Assembly (NCBI GenBank): GCA_023920165.1
Contig: CP089277.1
Location: forward strand, 3,720,001 to 3,784,000
DNA: 64,000 nucleotides
Origin: Curvularia clavata
Taxonomy: Eukaryota
Direction of reading: 5' to 3'
Part shown: one piece after another, positions 50,898-63,342 of the stretch
Layout: each line of letters starts with the position of its first letter
Position numbering within the stretch: position 1 is the stretch's first letter
Notes under the pieces: generated by a model
The model's input: only the letters and a program-made list of their open reading frames with translations
Database searches by the model: none
Told to the model about the DNA's origin: nothing
Position numbers and translations under genes: made by a program

Positions 50898-51504
50898 AAC
50901 TACTACTAAACAGCTGCAGTACAGCGAACTGTAGTGCAATCCTACATCGGCGTTCTCCTCCCGTTTTGTAAATAAGAGTCGTCTTGTGTGAGGGGTAAGA
51001 GGTTGGTTGAGCGGTCCTCGAGACTGCTCTATGTGCACCAGGCTTGCTGGAGACTAGGTTCAAAACAGCGACTAGGGAGTCAATATCTGAGGGTTCATAC
51101 TGTGGAAGAGGCGCCAAAAAATGCGCAACGAAGTGGCAACAAGAAGAATAGAATGCTCACGATCAGGCTGAAAGTCAATATAGGCGCTGCGCATCTTAGC
51201 CGCAGCCCCACTGATGCGGCACGGCCGTGTCATCTTGTTAAGACCAGGTCTGAACACCAAAGATCTGGTCAAACTACAACGTGTGATAGGGGGCATGTAT
51301 TTAGGCTTGATAGTCATGACACGACCCGAGATACTGAAGCGTGTTGAAGGTAGATACCTTTGGATGTCGTAGTAAGCCCACCTGCACTGACTCTCGTCCC
51401 TGGACTTATACCGTGTGCACCTCGCATGGTCGTCGCCATAACGGGAGTGTCTCCTCGCCGTTACATGTTCTGCACCAAAAGCGTTACCTATGTCAAGAGA
51501 CTTG

Positions 51505-51640
51505 ATTCGCACCGAGTGGCTAAGGTTGGAGATTAGTAGCAAGAACTGTACGAGAGCTTTCTCCTCTTCTCGATTGAGATACTGCTGGCTCTGAGCCTGC
51601 TCCTCCCGCGAGCGTCGTCCGTTGCGTTGATGAACCAGGG
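51505..51640 (-). mobile_element. Degenerate Fot1/pogo-like (Tc1-mariner superfamily) transposase fragment, CENP-B-type HTH region
   Basis: VHQRNGRRSREEQAQSQQYLNREEEKALVQFLLLISNLSHSVRIK resembles the fungal pogo motif GRRS.EE.AQ.QQYLT..EEKALV.FLL.MS.LG.PVRIK (recalled). No DDE domain or TIRs seen. Confidence 0.65.
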
Positions 51641-52783
51641 CAGATATTGCTGTGTCCTGATCGAGCAGAATACATATCACGCACGCCTGTAGGCAGGACC
51701 AGCGCCGGCGCTCGGCTGGCTGGGTCCATGCTGGCTACTGTGCAAGGAGGGCAGGTGCACAAGAGGCCAGCGATAGCCTTGCCCTCCCACTTCGACGGCG
51801 CATATACGGGCTCCGCCCCCAATGCAAGCTCGTATTCGATGCATCCGTCTTCTGAGAGTGTGCCTTACAGTGAGCAATTTGCGGCACCATTCTCTTTAGC
51901 CTCCATGCAGCGGGATCTAGACTTGAACGTACCGGCATATCAAGGCTTTTTCGATCAAGCCACGAGCGGCGTGAGCCTCTAAAACCTTTCCATTTTTGTC
52001 ACTTATGATGGACAGAAGAGAGCGCGATTGTAGGCCAAGGAGGCTTTCCCGTTCCTATGACAACAAACACTAATGTCAATGGCCCAGCGCAGGTGGCTTG
52101 CTACTCGACACGGCAGCATTCGAACCTTGTCACACATCTAGAAAACGTGGCGGAGCAGTATCAAGCTTACGGTACTGACAAAAACCATGGCCAAATACCA
52201 CAGAGCCATGCAGCATTTCAAGACAATTGCCAACAGCAAGCTGGTCAAGGCGGGGATTGACTGACTTCAACTTCGTGTAAGACTCTAGAGATGTACATTA
52301 TCCTTCCTAACTACATAGACATTGTATCACGATAGACATGAGGAGTTGTGAGCAGGGGCTGTAGCACAGCTGGGGACCCCTTCGACGCCGTTAAATTCAC
52401 ATTATTCAAAAGAACTTGGTGAACAGCTTCAGTCTACATTCCATTGAGTAATATGACAGTGATGTATACATGATATTTCTCAAAGAGTAAACAACGCCTA
52501 TTAGGTTAGCAAAAGGCGGTAAGCGGTCCTACAGATATATTCGCCAAGGTAAGTGACACATGCATGTAAGACAGAGCTGTAACACACAAACAATTAGGTT
52601 TACGTATCGCAAATGATGGCGAAGATGTTCATCGTTATATGATGAGATTCTAGTGAGATAGCAGTGAAATAACGATGTAAACACAATCGAACGGTAGTTT
52701 TGTCTTTACCATGATATTTACATTCTCATCGCTGAAAATCGTGTACTGGTCCGCAATCACCTGAGCCTGCGCGTCGCGTACGT

Positions 52784-54467
52784 ATGTACAAACACGTTAA
52801 CGCGCAATCACGGGGAGACAAACTGTTTACCCCACTAAACTCCCTCAGCCAATCCCCACCCTTACCAAGCCAGCAAGCGCCTATGATCCCTACCATGAGC
52901 GCGCCGGGAGACGATCTCAGGAAACATTTAATTATCCCAGCCTCGCGCCCCATCTTTACTTCACCAGTAGAAGATCTCAAGAAACACTTGATTATCCCGT
53001 CCTCACGCCCTCTCGCATCGTCTCCGTCGTTTTCGAATACAGGGCCTGCCCCTACGGCAAGTTCGGCCTTTCTTAACTTTAATCCCAGAGTGGAAACGGA
53101 AGACGATCGTTCAAAGGCTCACCGTGGTTCCGACGAGGCTGAATCCAACATGGAAATTGACACGCCCACACAACCACCGGTGTTTGCTTCTGCTCATGAT
53201 GAACAAAAGACAACAGCTAGGGCCGCTCCGCCTACGGGCATTTTCAGCATGGAAGAGTTCATGAAGCAGAACCTGGAAAAGCACCAAGCACAACGCGAGG
53301 CTATGCGTGCAACTCCTCCAGCTAAGAAAGCAAAGACGAGTGAGAATGCATCACCTGCTCCGGTTGCGGTCGGGGCACGGTCATCAAAGTACACTATACT
53401 GTTACATGAAAAGTACCAGGGACTCAACATTCCGCAGCCACTGTTCACTTATGAAGGGGGCAGCGGTTCCGGCTGGAATGTGAGCGTCAGCTTCCCTGGT
53501 CTTGAGAATGCGGAGGAACTACAGGGACTAACTGATTCGAAACAATACAACAGCAAGCAGGAGGCCAAGGAAGCATTGAGCCAGAAAGCATTTACAATCC
53601 TAGAAGAGTTGGAGAAAGAGGGCAGAGTTACGAAGACTGCCAAGGCTCGGAAGAAGATTGACAATGGGATACAGATAGTCGAGCGGCAGCAGCCAGAGGA
53701 GAATTACGTTGGCAAGCTCCTGGGTATATTCCCTTTCACCCCATTCATCCCGTCGACGACACTGACCCACCCCAGAATTCCAGCGCTCAATCTCCGCTCC
53801 ACAACCCCTCTACATCGACTACCAATCAGGCACACGCTTCGCCTGCCTCCTAACTCTAGAGGACCACCCTGAGCCTTTCGGCTCCCTAAACTCTCTCTTC
53901 TCCTCCAAAAAAGCCGCAAGACAAGACGCGGCCCGCCACGCCATCCTGCACTTCCAATCGCTCGGAGTATGGCCCGACGAAAGCAGTGCCGTCGGCGGCA
54001 TCAAGAAGAAAAAGAAGGCGCAAAATGCCCCTTCTCCCACAGCATCAGCAACCGCATCAACAGAAGATGTCAACTCACCCTCTGGCAATACCAACAGTAC
54101 AAGTTTCGCTCAGCAAGTCGCGACAATTGCTGCTTCCCTGACTCTCCCCACGCCCGAATGGCGCTTCACTCCGCATCCATCGGATCCTACTTTCCACACT
54201 GTTGCGTGTTTCTTCCGGGGCGCGGGACCGCACGAGGGACCGATCGGCGAGGTCAGAAACGTGTTTGGGAAGAAGAAGGCGAAGGAAGAATGCGCGCGGT
54301 TGGCACTCGAGTACTTACTTGATGTGAGGGAGAAGAGGAGGGCATATGGGGCGAGAATGATGGCAGGGGTTGTGGGCGGGGAGGGTGTGTTGAGTGGTGC
54401 GGAGGGGAGGAACGTGGAGGGTGAGGAAGAGTTGTTGTGGGAGGATGCGGTGGAGATGATGGGTTGA
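52784..54467 (+). CDS. Standalone protein with three dsRBD-like domains; intron 53724-53775
   Basis: Three alpha-beta-beta-beta-alpha-like units: YTILLHEKYQ..PQPLFTY..YNSKQEAKEALSQKA; NYVGKLLEFQR..PQPLY..FSSKKAARQDAARHA; FAQQVATIA..PTPEWRF..FGKKKAKEECARLAL. Start codon uncertain. Confidence 0.75.
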
Positions 54468-54974
54468 AGGATTGAAGCTTTCTACGAGGAATTTTCTTTT
54501 GGGGGTTGAGAGGAGAGAGGGTTGGTTACATTGTCTTGAGGCTTGTACCAATCCCTACCAAGCGGACAAACATAGCGTGACTTGGCTGGTACCCAAATTG
54601 ATGAAGTTTATGAAGTTCACGTCTTTAGATCTCCATCACTACATGATTTTGCTTTCTTTTTCGAAAAAAAAGTCGTATTCATGTTGCAATATCCAATAGT
54701 TATGTCTTCTACCAAACACAACCTATCACTGCAGTAGACTGTTACGGAATCGTGATGGGCCAAGTCATTTCACAGTACCTGCACATGATTCTTAAGAACC
54801 AATCAAAATACTTTTTTGCATCTGTGACAAATACCGCAGTTTTTGAACCTTGATTGAACTAAAGTCTCACACCAGGACACCATCCCACCTACAAAAACAT
54901 AGGTCTACTACGCATAGTAAGAACAAAGCTAGAACATGACGCGACGAAGTGAATGAGACAATACAACTACAGAC

Positions 54975-56510
54975 TCAGGCAGAATCGGCCTTTCTCTTAG
55001 AACGATCACGCTTCTTCTCCTTGCCAGCCTTCTCCGCCTTCTCCTTTTCAGCATTCTCTTTGTCGCCGTCAGCGTCGTTGTTACGGGTGCTGCGGCTCGA
55101 TTTGGACTTCTTCTTGGTGGTAGTGGTTTCTTCAGGGGTAGGCTCCTCCTCGTGAGAGGAGGCAGGTGCAGGGGCAATTGGCTGGGGAGCGGCTTTCTCC
55201 TTCTTCTTCTTATCCTTCTTGGCCGGTGTCTCAGCGACGGCATTAGTGGCGGGAGCTGGGGCTTGTGTTGTGCGGGGGTTGGGGAGGGGGACAGGAGTCG
55301 TGTTGGTGGCAGCTGGGGCAATGGCGACTGGGGCCGTGCCATTGACGGCTGGAGTCGTCTTCTGGCGCTTGCGGGGCGTCTTTGCGGGTGGTGAAGGAGC
55401 TTTAGCAGGGGCTTCTTCCTCGTCTTCCGACGACGCGTCAGAGTCAGCAGCGCCGACATCAGCCTCCATGTCAGGCTCGGCGTCGTCGGAGGCATCGTCC
55501 TCCTCGACGACGTCGGTGGCCTTGATGCCCTTGTTGGCAATGTACTCGGCCAGCTCGGCCTTGTACTCTTCCATTGAGTTGCGGTACGATGCCTTCCATT
55601 GCTGTGAGGTGGTTAGCACAATACTAGGATTCGTGTTGGGGAGAGAAAGACTGACCTCTTTCTCCTCTTCAGGGAGCTCGTTCCATCGCTTGTTGACCTC
55701 AATCTGCACAGCGTTCTTCTCAATCTGGCCACCTGGAGGGAGCGCGGCCTCGAGATCGGCCTTGACAATGGGACGGGCGTGCTGGTGGTAGAGGAAGGCA
55801 GCTGTGAGGGGCTTCTTGGGAGCATTGGGGTCCTTTTCCTTCTTTTCGCGCTTGCGCTTCTTGCCCTTGGTCGCCTCGGCGGCCTTGTCGACTGGAGCGA
55901 CGAGCTGCTTGGTCTCGTCAATGGCATTCCTGCCGGCCTCCATGACCGAGGCAGCGACGGTGGCTACATCGTTGAAGGGTGGGATTTCACCCTCTTCGCC
56001 GCCGAGGACAGAGGCGCAGTGCTTGCGGTAGTTTGTGAGAAGATCGGTGATGCCGTGCTGGACGTGGATGAGACCGGCCTGCAAGTTGTGGAGCGAGGCA
56101 ATGACCTGGTCGTGGGAGTAAGCTTTTGCATCATGCTGGAGCGCAGTGGGCGCGTGCGCGGTCAATGGAGGCGTCACGTCGGCCGGCGGCTTGGGCAGAA
56201 GCGCAGGCAGGGATTTTGGGGAAGCGCCCATTTCTGAGTCGCGTAGACGGGGCGATCAGGATGATGGCAACAGAAGGATGGGGCAGGGTGTGGGTGGCGT
56301 GGTGATGGGAGTTGGCCGTGCGGGTGTAGTGGTGTCATGGCGACACGATAACACAGAGAGCAGGCGCGTCGCGGGTTGAGAAAAACAAGACGACATGGAT
56401 GATAAGGGACGGTATTTGTCACATACCGAGTCGCGCGTCTTTTTGTACTCAGCTGTCGAGATCATGAGGTCGCCCGTAGGCTCCTTTTTCTTGGTGGCAG
56501 CGGGCGCCAT
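54975..56510 (-). CDS. HMG-box chromatin protein (Hmo1-like); introns ~56107-56426 and 55602-55655
   Basis: MAPAATKKKEPTGDLMISTAEYKKTRDS|VIASLHNLQAGL...KDPNAPKKPLTAAFLY...RWNELPEEEKE|QWKASY, followed by acidic and Lys-rich tails. Confidence 0.85.
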
Positions 56511-57248
56511 GGTTGGGTGACGGCGTGGGCTGGCGCGTGGGTGACGGGCGACGAGCGACGGGTGAGAGTTTGTGGTGGATGAGGAGCGAGGCGAGGGCGA
56601 GGGCGAGGGCGAGGGGGCAGCTGGGCTTAAGTGGCCAGGCGTCCTCGCTAACATGGGGGCTGTCGGCCGCCCATTTGCAGCGCCCTGCCCGCCCACTGCC
56701 GCCCATTTCCCCCCCAGCCCCGGCTGGCGCTCTGCCCCCCCAAGACCGCCCTTTGTGCCCTCGCACGCCGCCGCCAACAGCTACCGACTGGTACATTGTC
56801 ACGTATAGTTGTTCACCATCTACCGTCGTCTTCTTAGCACTCACCACTACTGTTAAAAGTAGCTGTATCTGTCCCAGTGATCTCTTGCTTACTGCATTCT
56901 TCCCACTGGTACCTCTGCTCTTGAAGCAGCTGTAGTTGTCACAGTCATTGTGTCGTTTGCTGTGTCGAGGGCTTGTCTGTGTAGGCGAGGTCGTTTTGAT
57001 TTCCGGTTGCACTAGTCGTGCGAGAGCCAGTAGCCATTGCTGTCCGCTGTGTCTGCTGCTAACCCAAGCCTCTTGTTCCCGCGCCACATGCTTCCACACG
57101 TACCCTCACCGTACTTGTACACAGCAATTCCCTGCACAAAGTCCACAGCACGCTCCCCACACCCATCTGCGACAAGCACCCGTACTTCGCTCAATGCCAG
57201 CACTGCATGCAAATACTCGATCCATTCTTTCCTTTCTTTCTCTAGCCT

Positions 57249-58145
57249 CTACTCTTCAAACCTGCCTCCCTCGCTGACGTCAGGATACACATCGAACCGT
57301 CTCTGCCCATACAGCGGCACGCCCTTCCTAATCTCCTCAATCTTGCCCGCCTCGAGCTCCTTGATCAAGATGCCCTCCTTCTCGTCCAGCTGCTCCATGA
57401 CCTGCGCATTCGGGTCCACCACCATGCTGTGACCCCACGCGTTATACTCTGCCTCCATGTCCCGCGCCGGGCTGCACAGTCCCACATACACCTGGTTGTC
57501 CGTCGCCCGCGCCCGTGCCAGCAGCTCCCAGTGCAGCGCCCCTGTAGTGAGGTTGAAGGCGCCAGGATACAGCAGCAGGAATGCGCCTTTGCGCGCCGCG
57601 ATCGTGGCCAGCTCGGGAAACCGAATGTCGTAGCAAATCGCAATCGCAATCTTGCCGTACTCGGGCAGCTCCACCAGCGTAATCTTGTTGCCCGGCGACA
57701 GCACCTCGCTCTCCTTGAACCGGATCTTGCCAGGTATGTCAATGTCAAACAGGTGCACCTTGCGATGCGTCGCAATCAGCTCCCCGCTCGGCGCAAACGT
57801 CAGGCTCGTGTTGTATAGCTTCTTGCTGTCCTTGTCGTCGCGCTCCGGTATGCTGCCTCCCACCAGATACACCCCCGCCTCGCGCGCCAGTTGCGACAGC
57901 GCATGGAACGTTTGCGATTGCGACTCTGCCGGCGGCGACGGCTGCAGTGTCTCGGCGTACTTGTCAAAGTACTTTGTTCCGTACGGCGAGTTGAAGCATT
58001 CGGGCAGCACCACCAGTTTTGCCCCGGCTTGCGAGGCGTCGAGCACCTTTTGCCGCGCGGACCGAAGGTTCGCCGCTTTGTCTGCGCCTGACGCGAGTTG
58101 GATGAGCGCCAACTTGAGTGACTTTTTGAGTATTGCCGACGCCAT
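57249..58145 (-). CDS. NIT3: Omega-amidase, nitrilase superfamily (yeast Nit3 / human NIT2-like)
   Basis: LVVLPECFNSPYG, HRKVHLFDIDIPG.I.FKES, ICYDIRFPE (Glu-Lys-Cys triad), PGAFNLTTG.LHWELL.RARATDNQ. Confidence 0.9.
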   Translation of the reverse strand: MASAILKKSLKLALIQLASGADKAANLRSARQKVLDASQAGAKLVVLPECFNSPYGTKYFDKYAETLQPSPPAESQSQTFHALSQLAREAGVYLVGGSIPERDDKDSKKLYNTSLTFAPSGELIATHRKVHLFDIDIPGKIRFKESEVLSPGNKITLVELPEYGKIAIAICYDIRFPELATIAARKGAFLLLYPGAFNLTTGALHWELLARARATDNQVYVGLCSPARDMEAEYNAWGHSMVVDPNAQVMEQLDEKEGILIKELEAGKIEEIRKGVPLYGQRRFDVYPDVSEGGRFEE

Positions 58146-59188
58146 GTTCCCGTGCTTTGTTTATGGATTCTCTGCAGGTCGAGTCGAGGTAAGACAAAGG
58201 AATTGGAGGGCACGAGGACAATCGACAGGTACAATGGAGGGGCTAGGGCTGAGCTCATGCGCATGTAATGTCAATCATGTCGTGCTAGGACACATAGTAT
58301 GCTCGGATACATTTTCCTCTACGTAAGAGCTAGGTATCTCTTACTAAGAGTGTAAACTAATGTTCTAGCGTATATATACTCGTAGAGCTTATCTTGATAC
58401 CCAATTAGACTCGAAGCAATTGCTCACTATACTAGTACTTTTCCTCAGTACGGTAGTATTGCAAGCATCAAGAAGATTCTCCCGTCTAAAAGGATAGCGA
58501 GTTTGACCAAGCACTCGTACGTAAGAAAGCAAAGAGGAGCGCGGGGCATGGACGGTCGCGTCGGTCACGTGACTGGAACCCCGCCAAGGCCAACCATCGG
58601 ACGAAAGTAGAGCACGCGCTTTACGTTGCTAACGTATCTTTAGACAAACATCGAAATCAAAGTTTAACAGAATCCAGACTTCTACGTTTACAAAGAGAAC
58701 GAGTATCCCAGATATCCAAAATGAAAGATGTCATGCCACCCACTGTATCCCATCTCGCTTGGACTACACCACAGTTAACGTTGTTGGAGGTGTTGGAGTA
58801 GCGTGGGGTGCATGTGCGGTGGGGCGACAATGTCATGACCCAAACTACCGGATCAGAAGCTACTAAAACCATGCAGAGCAGAAAGAACGGTCTGGGTTAG
58901 GGTAAACTGGAATTCAGGTTGGGATAACAATTCTTATCAATTAGACAGTCTTACAGGAATTTTGGACCAATCACCAAGGGAAATCTTATGGCTTCATGCC
59001 CAATCCAGTCTCATGGCTGGGAGATAGATATCCACCGCTGAGCAGCTAGGCAACGTAGCTCATTCAGGTCACGCTATACGCAGAAACAGGCTTCACGGCT
59101 ATGATTGTTGAAAATCAATTCTGACAGGGGTATCTACTATCTAAATTATGTATATGATATCACGTTAACTTTTCCTCTATCCCATCAC

Positions 59189-60614
59189 TCACGCCGTATC
59201 TTTCAGCGTGTGCTCCGTGGCCACCTCCTCGGTAACCTGCACCTCGTGGCTCTTCTCCAGCTCAGACAAGACAATCCATGTAGGGAACACGCAAAGAACC
59301 GTGATACCAAAGTTCAGACCAATACTAACAAAGTGGTTCGCACCGCCTTCTGATTGCATACTGTTTCTTTCGTTAGCCTCGAACACAAATTCACTGTAGC
59401 AGGAAAACTTACGCCCAAGCAATCGTCTGACCCAGGGCCTCGACACCTCTCAGAATACCCGTAAGATGGCTCAAGTTGGAGAGATCCGTAGCGTACTGTC
59501 CAACCAGCCAGTACAAGAACTGCTGGAACGCCTGTCCACCAAACTGCCAGAAAAACACCAGCGCATAGCTCTTGCCAAATCCGCCTTGGAACCAGTCAAA
59601 CACAGGCGCTTCTGCCGCGTCATAAAACTGCTTCTGCAGAATTGTCGCCCAGATCCAGGTTCCCACCAGCAGAGTGATGATGCAGCAAAAGGCAACACGT
59701 CCGCGCGTCTTGATGTGAATCTTCTGGTTATCGAGCAAAAAGGCAATGATAAACGAAGAGAAGATACCGGCAAAGTTGGTGAAGAAGCTCGAAAAGGCAC
59801 GGGAGCGGACCGTAAAGTAAGTCGTAAGCCAGGTGCTCATGAAGCCGTTATAGAAGTAGGAGATGAAGAAAGCCGGGAGCAAGAGCAGGATACGGCGACT
59901 GATAAACTGCTTGCCTACCGCCTTGAACTCTGCCCCCCAGCTGGCAGCTTTCTCGGTGACAATGAGCGTACCGTCGCGTCGCCAGACCTTGTGCGCTGGG
60001 CTCAGACACAAAGCGACTGGCAGACCCAGACACATGATGACGATGAAGACGATGTATGTTGTCGACGACACGGATCCGACCGTCTTTCTATTCGCGTTCA
60101 AGCCCAGATTGATCGATCCGCCAACAATTGGGCCCAACGCCTTTGCACTCTGCCAGATAGCCAGGTAAAACGCGCGGTCGCCAGGGGATGGGTATCCGAT
60201 GATAATGGCCGCTTCCGCCGCCCAGAAGAAACCTGCGCTGATTCCACACAGAGCTGATCCAAACAGCATAAACCATGTATTGGCTGAGACGTTATTCGTG
60301 TACAGTCCCGCACCATACAACGGATATCCGATTGCACCAAGCGCAAGTCCGTACTTGAGTCCAATGCGGTTGTTAATGGCTCCAGCGGCTACGCATACAA
60401 TGGCAAAGAGACCGTATACCAGTGCATTGGCGGCAGATACCGCATAGGGCTCTGCAGCACCGCCGGCTCCCAGCCCGCCCAGCGCATCCCACATACCCGG
60501 CGCGGTGAAGGATACGCCGCATGCGACGAGGATCTGGAATGGCACCGAGCGGAAGAAGGGGCCCCTGCCTTTAAGAGAGGCGGCTGGGGCCGAGAGGGTT
60601 GACGCTGAGGACAT
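59189..60614 (-). CDS. UNC93-like (DUF895) MFS transporter; intron 59361-59412
   Basis: PGMWDALGGLGAGG, GAIGYPLY.AGLY, GSALCGISAGFFWAAE, KVWRRDG and YFTVRSRA, with about 12 hydrophobic segments. Confidence 0.85.
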
Positions 60615-60775
60615 GGCGGCTCAAGCGACAGGGGAGAGGAAGGGAGAGGAGAGGGAGAGATAGGTATATAGACAAAAGTCGTCGAAAAGGTAGAGCAATC
60701 GGCGAAAAAAATATGCCAAAGGCAAAAAAACTCTCCCAAGATATATATGAAAGGATATCAAACACTTCCCTAGTA

Positions 60776-60791
60776 CCCCCCCCCCCCCCCC
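60776..60791. repeat. Poly-C homopolymer (16 nt) upstream of the transporter
   Basis: Run of 16 C at 60776-60791. Confidence 0.85.
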
Positions 60792-63342
60792 TACTTCCAG
60801 ATTGTTGGGATAAAACGCGCCATTTGGAGCCCCTTGGCGTGGCACTCTCCAATTTTTTTTCTCTTCCTCTTCTCATTCGTGATTCTTACCAGTTTGCGCC
60901 TTTTCGCCTTCTCGCCTTTGGTGTTTTCAATGGGGCAAAGCACGACATCTGCGCTAAAGGGCTCGGCGCGATCGCTCGGTGCACCCTGCGTTGAGCAAAG
61001 CCCGCCGAACCCCGGACCCCTTTGGGACAAACGGAGGTTACTACAATTGAATAAATTTTTTTTCTCTTTCGCTTTCCCGTCGATGTTTGGGGGGCCTTAG
61101 TCGATTATGGGGCTAAAGGGGGTACAGTTGGGGATGGTTTGTGTGGGAGGTGGATGGAGTTGGGAAGTTGGAGTGGCAAATGGTACGTACCGACTAGACT
61201 GCGGAGTGAGGTATTACGTTCATGGCTCTTTTTTTTTTTTGGTCGCGGACGTCTATCCGGTTGGGGATCCCGATGCCTTGACGGATTCTATTCTTCTCTC
61301 TTTCTAGAAAATCTGACAATTCAGGATGACGTCTTTCCGTCATCCAGGCAGATATAGTTTCCATCCCCAGTCGTGAGATGCTTCCGTTCCGCGTGCCAAG
61401 GACGCATGAGCCTACGTACCCTGCGACTTCATGCATATAATAGTGAGCATGGACATCATCTTATGTAGACGTACATGTACTCTGCTGTGTGTTTCTTCTT
61501 GATTACAGGTTGTAGTTTGTACCAGGTATGAGAGCTGTGTTTTTGTGACAAGTCTAGTCAGTGATACAGATACATGTCTCACAGTTCGTCCATTCCCCTC
61601 ACCTAAACACCTCCGATACAAAAACCTCTTCCAATTCTTAATACCAGACGATATAGCACTCGCGTTATTCCCTCCCCATCCCTGTCAGAGCCTCAACGCC
61701 CAAAAGCGCCACTTCCCCATCCGTAGGTCCCATGTGGGGCGAAGGAATCCCAAGCTAACTTTCTACGTAAATCAGAGTATGTAAGAGAAAAGACACAAGT
61801 AGGAGGCGGTATTGCGTGATTGTTAAGCGAGGTTGTCATACGAGATGGAGTTCTAGATTGAGCAAGCCTTTTGTTGGTTAGCTAGGCGTTCTGATTTGTG
61901 TTGCAGAACAGTGCGAGATTTCAGTTTCTGAGGTGAGCATAAAGACGAGACTGTTCTTGCGAAAAGTGATTTTGGATTCAATCTATAGCGGCTTAAGCGT
62001 TAATGCAAATTTAGTTTCGGGTCCTTGTGATATTGGATGGCTGAGCTGAGATGTAGTAAAATATTTTCTGTGTAAATGGTAGGCTTGAAATCGCAAAACG
62101 CAAAGGTTATATACCGAGCTAAGCAGCTCGGGAGCCGATCATAAACTAGCCCTAAGCCATCTTGGATAATGCTATAAAGTTTTGAATGCATCGAAGCATC
62201 ATAATCCCATGCATCCCAAACCATAAGAGTTCCAGATTGATTACCACCGTGGATAAGATTTATTATCCTCGTAACATCTGTGATGAACTTACTTTAATGT
62301 CGTCCAGCTAACCAGCTTTGCCTTTGTCGGACTTCGAGATGACCCATCCCTCCCACTCTCTTTTCACACCCAGCACGTAGATCATACTCTCTTTACTCAG
62401 GTCTTTCGCATTGCTTCGTCACTTATTTCATACAACACGCCCAATTTCGTTCGACACTACATCAAACCATCAATTGCTTTTTTTTAGTTACCCTCGGCTC
62501 ACCGCCACCTACGACGTTCCTGAAAAAGCACAAAGCGACATCAAGAATGCCTCACCGCTGGAATGGATGGGAATTTGCATGCAAATGTTGAGAACATGGA
62601 TCAGGAGAAACAAATAGCTGGCTTTCTAAGTATAACAATGCCATCTTTCTGGGCAGAAACAGTGTTTCCGACATTCCCATCACTCATTCCCTTTAATTAT
62701 AAATCTTCCAAAGTTACAAAATCTCCTCTTAATAACCCTTAACCATGAGAATCCTCGCTCTCCTCGCCCTAGCCGTCTCCAGCACCCACGCTCAATTTCG
62801 AACCTGTCCAGGTATCGGATCCGTACGTCTTCGTCACCACAGTCTTGCTGCCACGCCAGTCTAACATTTCCCCCCTTTAACAAAGATTTCTGGTTTCCAA
62901 AGCGGAAGTAAAATTGAGGAAGTGTGTCAATGTCCTTCAGGTGTAGGTCTATATCTATCTAGGATTCATAGTAGTATTCGTGCTAAGTTCAGCCAGACGG
63001 AAGAAAAGCGGATCACGACTGTAGTAAGTGTCTTCAGGACTTCTTGCCAGGAAAACTTGACTGACGATAGAAGCATGGTAACAGTGTTGGGTTTGTATGT
63101 GTTTGATGAGAGAAGGCTGGGGAACATGTTGGCCAAAGCATTTCCATGTGTCACGATTTCCACTGGTAATATTCCTGACATGGTCATGATGATAGTGATG
63201 ATAAAAAAGATTTGCTGAGTTGATTGAACAAAATACTATAAACACGAATAATAATCCCTATACAAGCGAAAATTGCCAGGGTTTTCTTTTTCACAACATA
63301 ATCGCAGTCTCATTCCTTCATTCCATTTCATTCGGTCATGTC

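Noticed and set aside
52057..52260. N/Q/G-rich 67-aa ORF near the NLR as an amyloid signalling partner
   Set aside because: No attached effector domain and no matching motif at the NLR N-terminus; more likely a decayed gene fragment.
57012..57251. Stop-codon readthrough or cryptic PTS1 after NIT3 (also checked for several other enzyme genes)
   Set aside because: No TGA-CTA readthrough context, and the extensions do not end in SKL-like tripeptides.
58310..58450. TA-rich stretch with a small gtaagag/ctcttac hairpin as a RIP relic or MITE
   Set aside because: Too short, with no clear TIR or TSD; compatible with ordinary promoter sequence.
58893..58904. Telomere-like GGGTTAGGG
   Set aside because: Single unit, expected by chance.
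60800..63300. Short ORFs between the transporter and cutinase
   Set aside because: No motifs or codon bias; appears intergenic.
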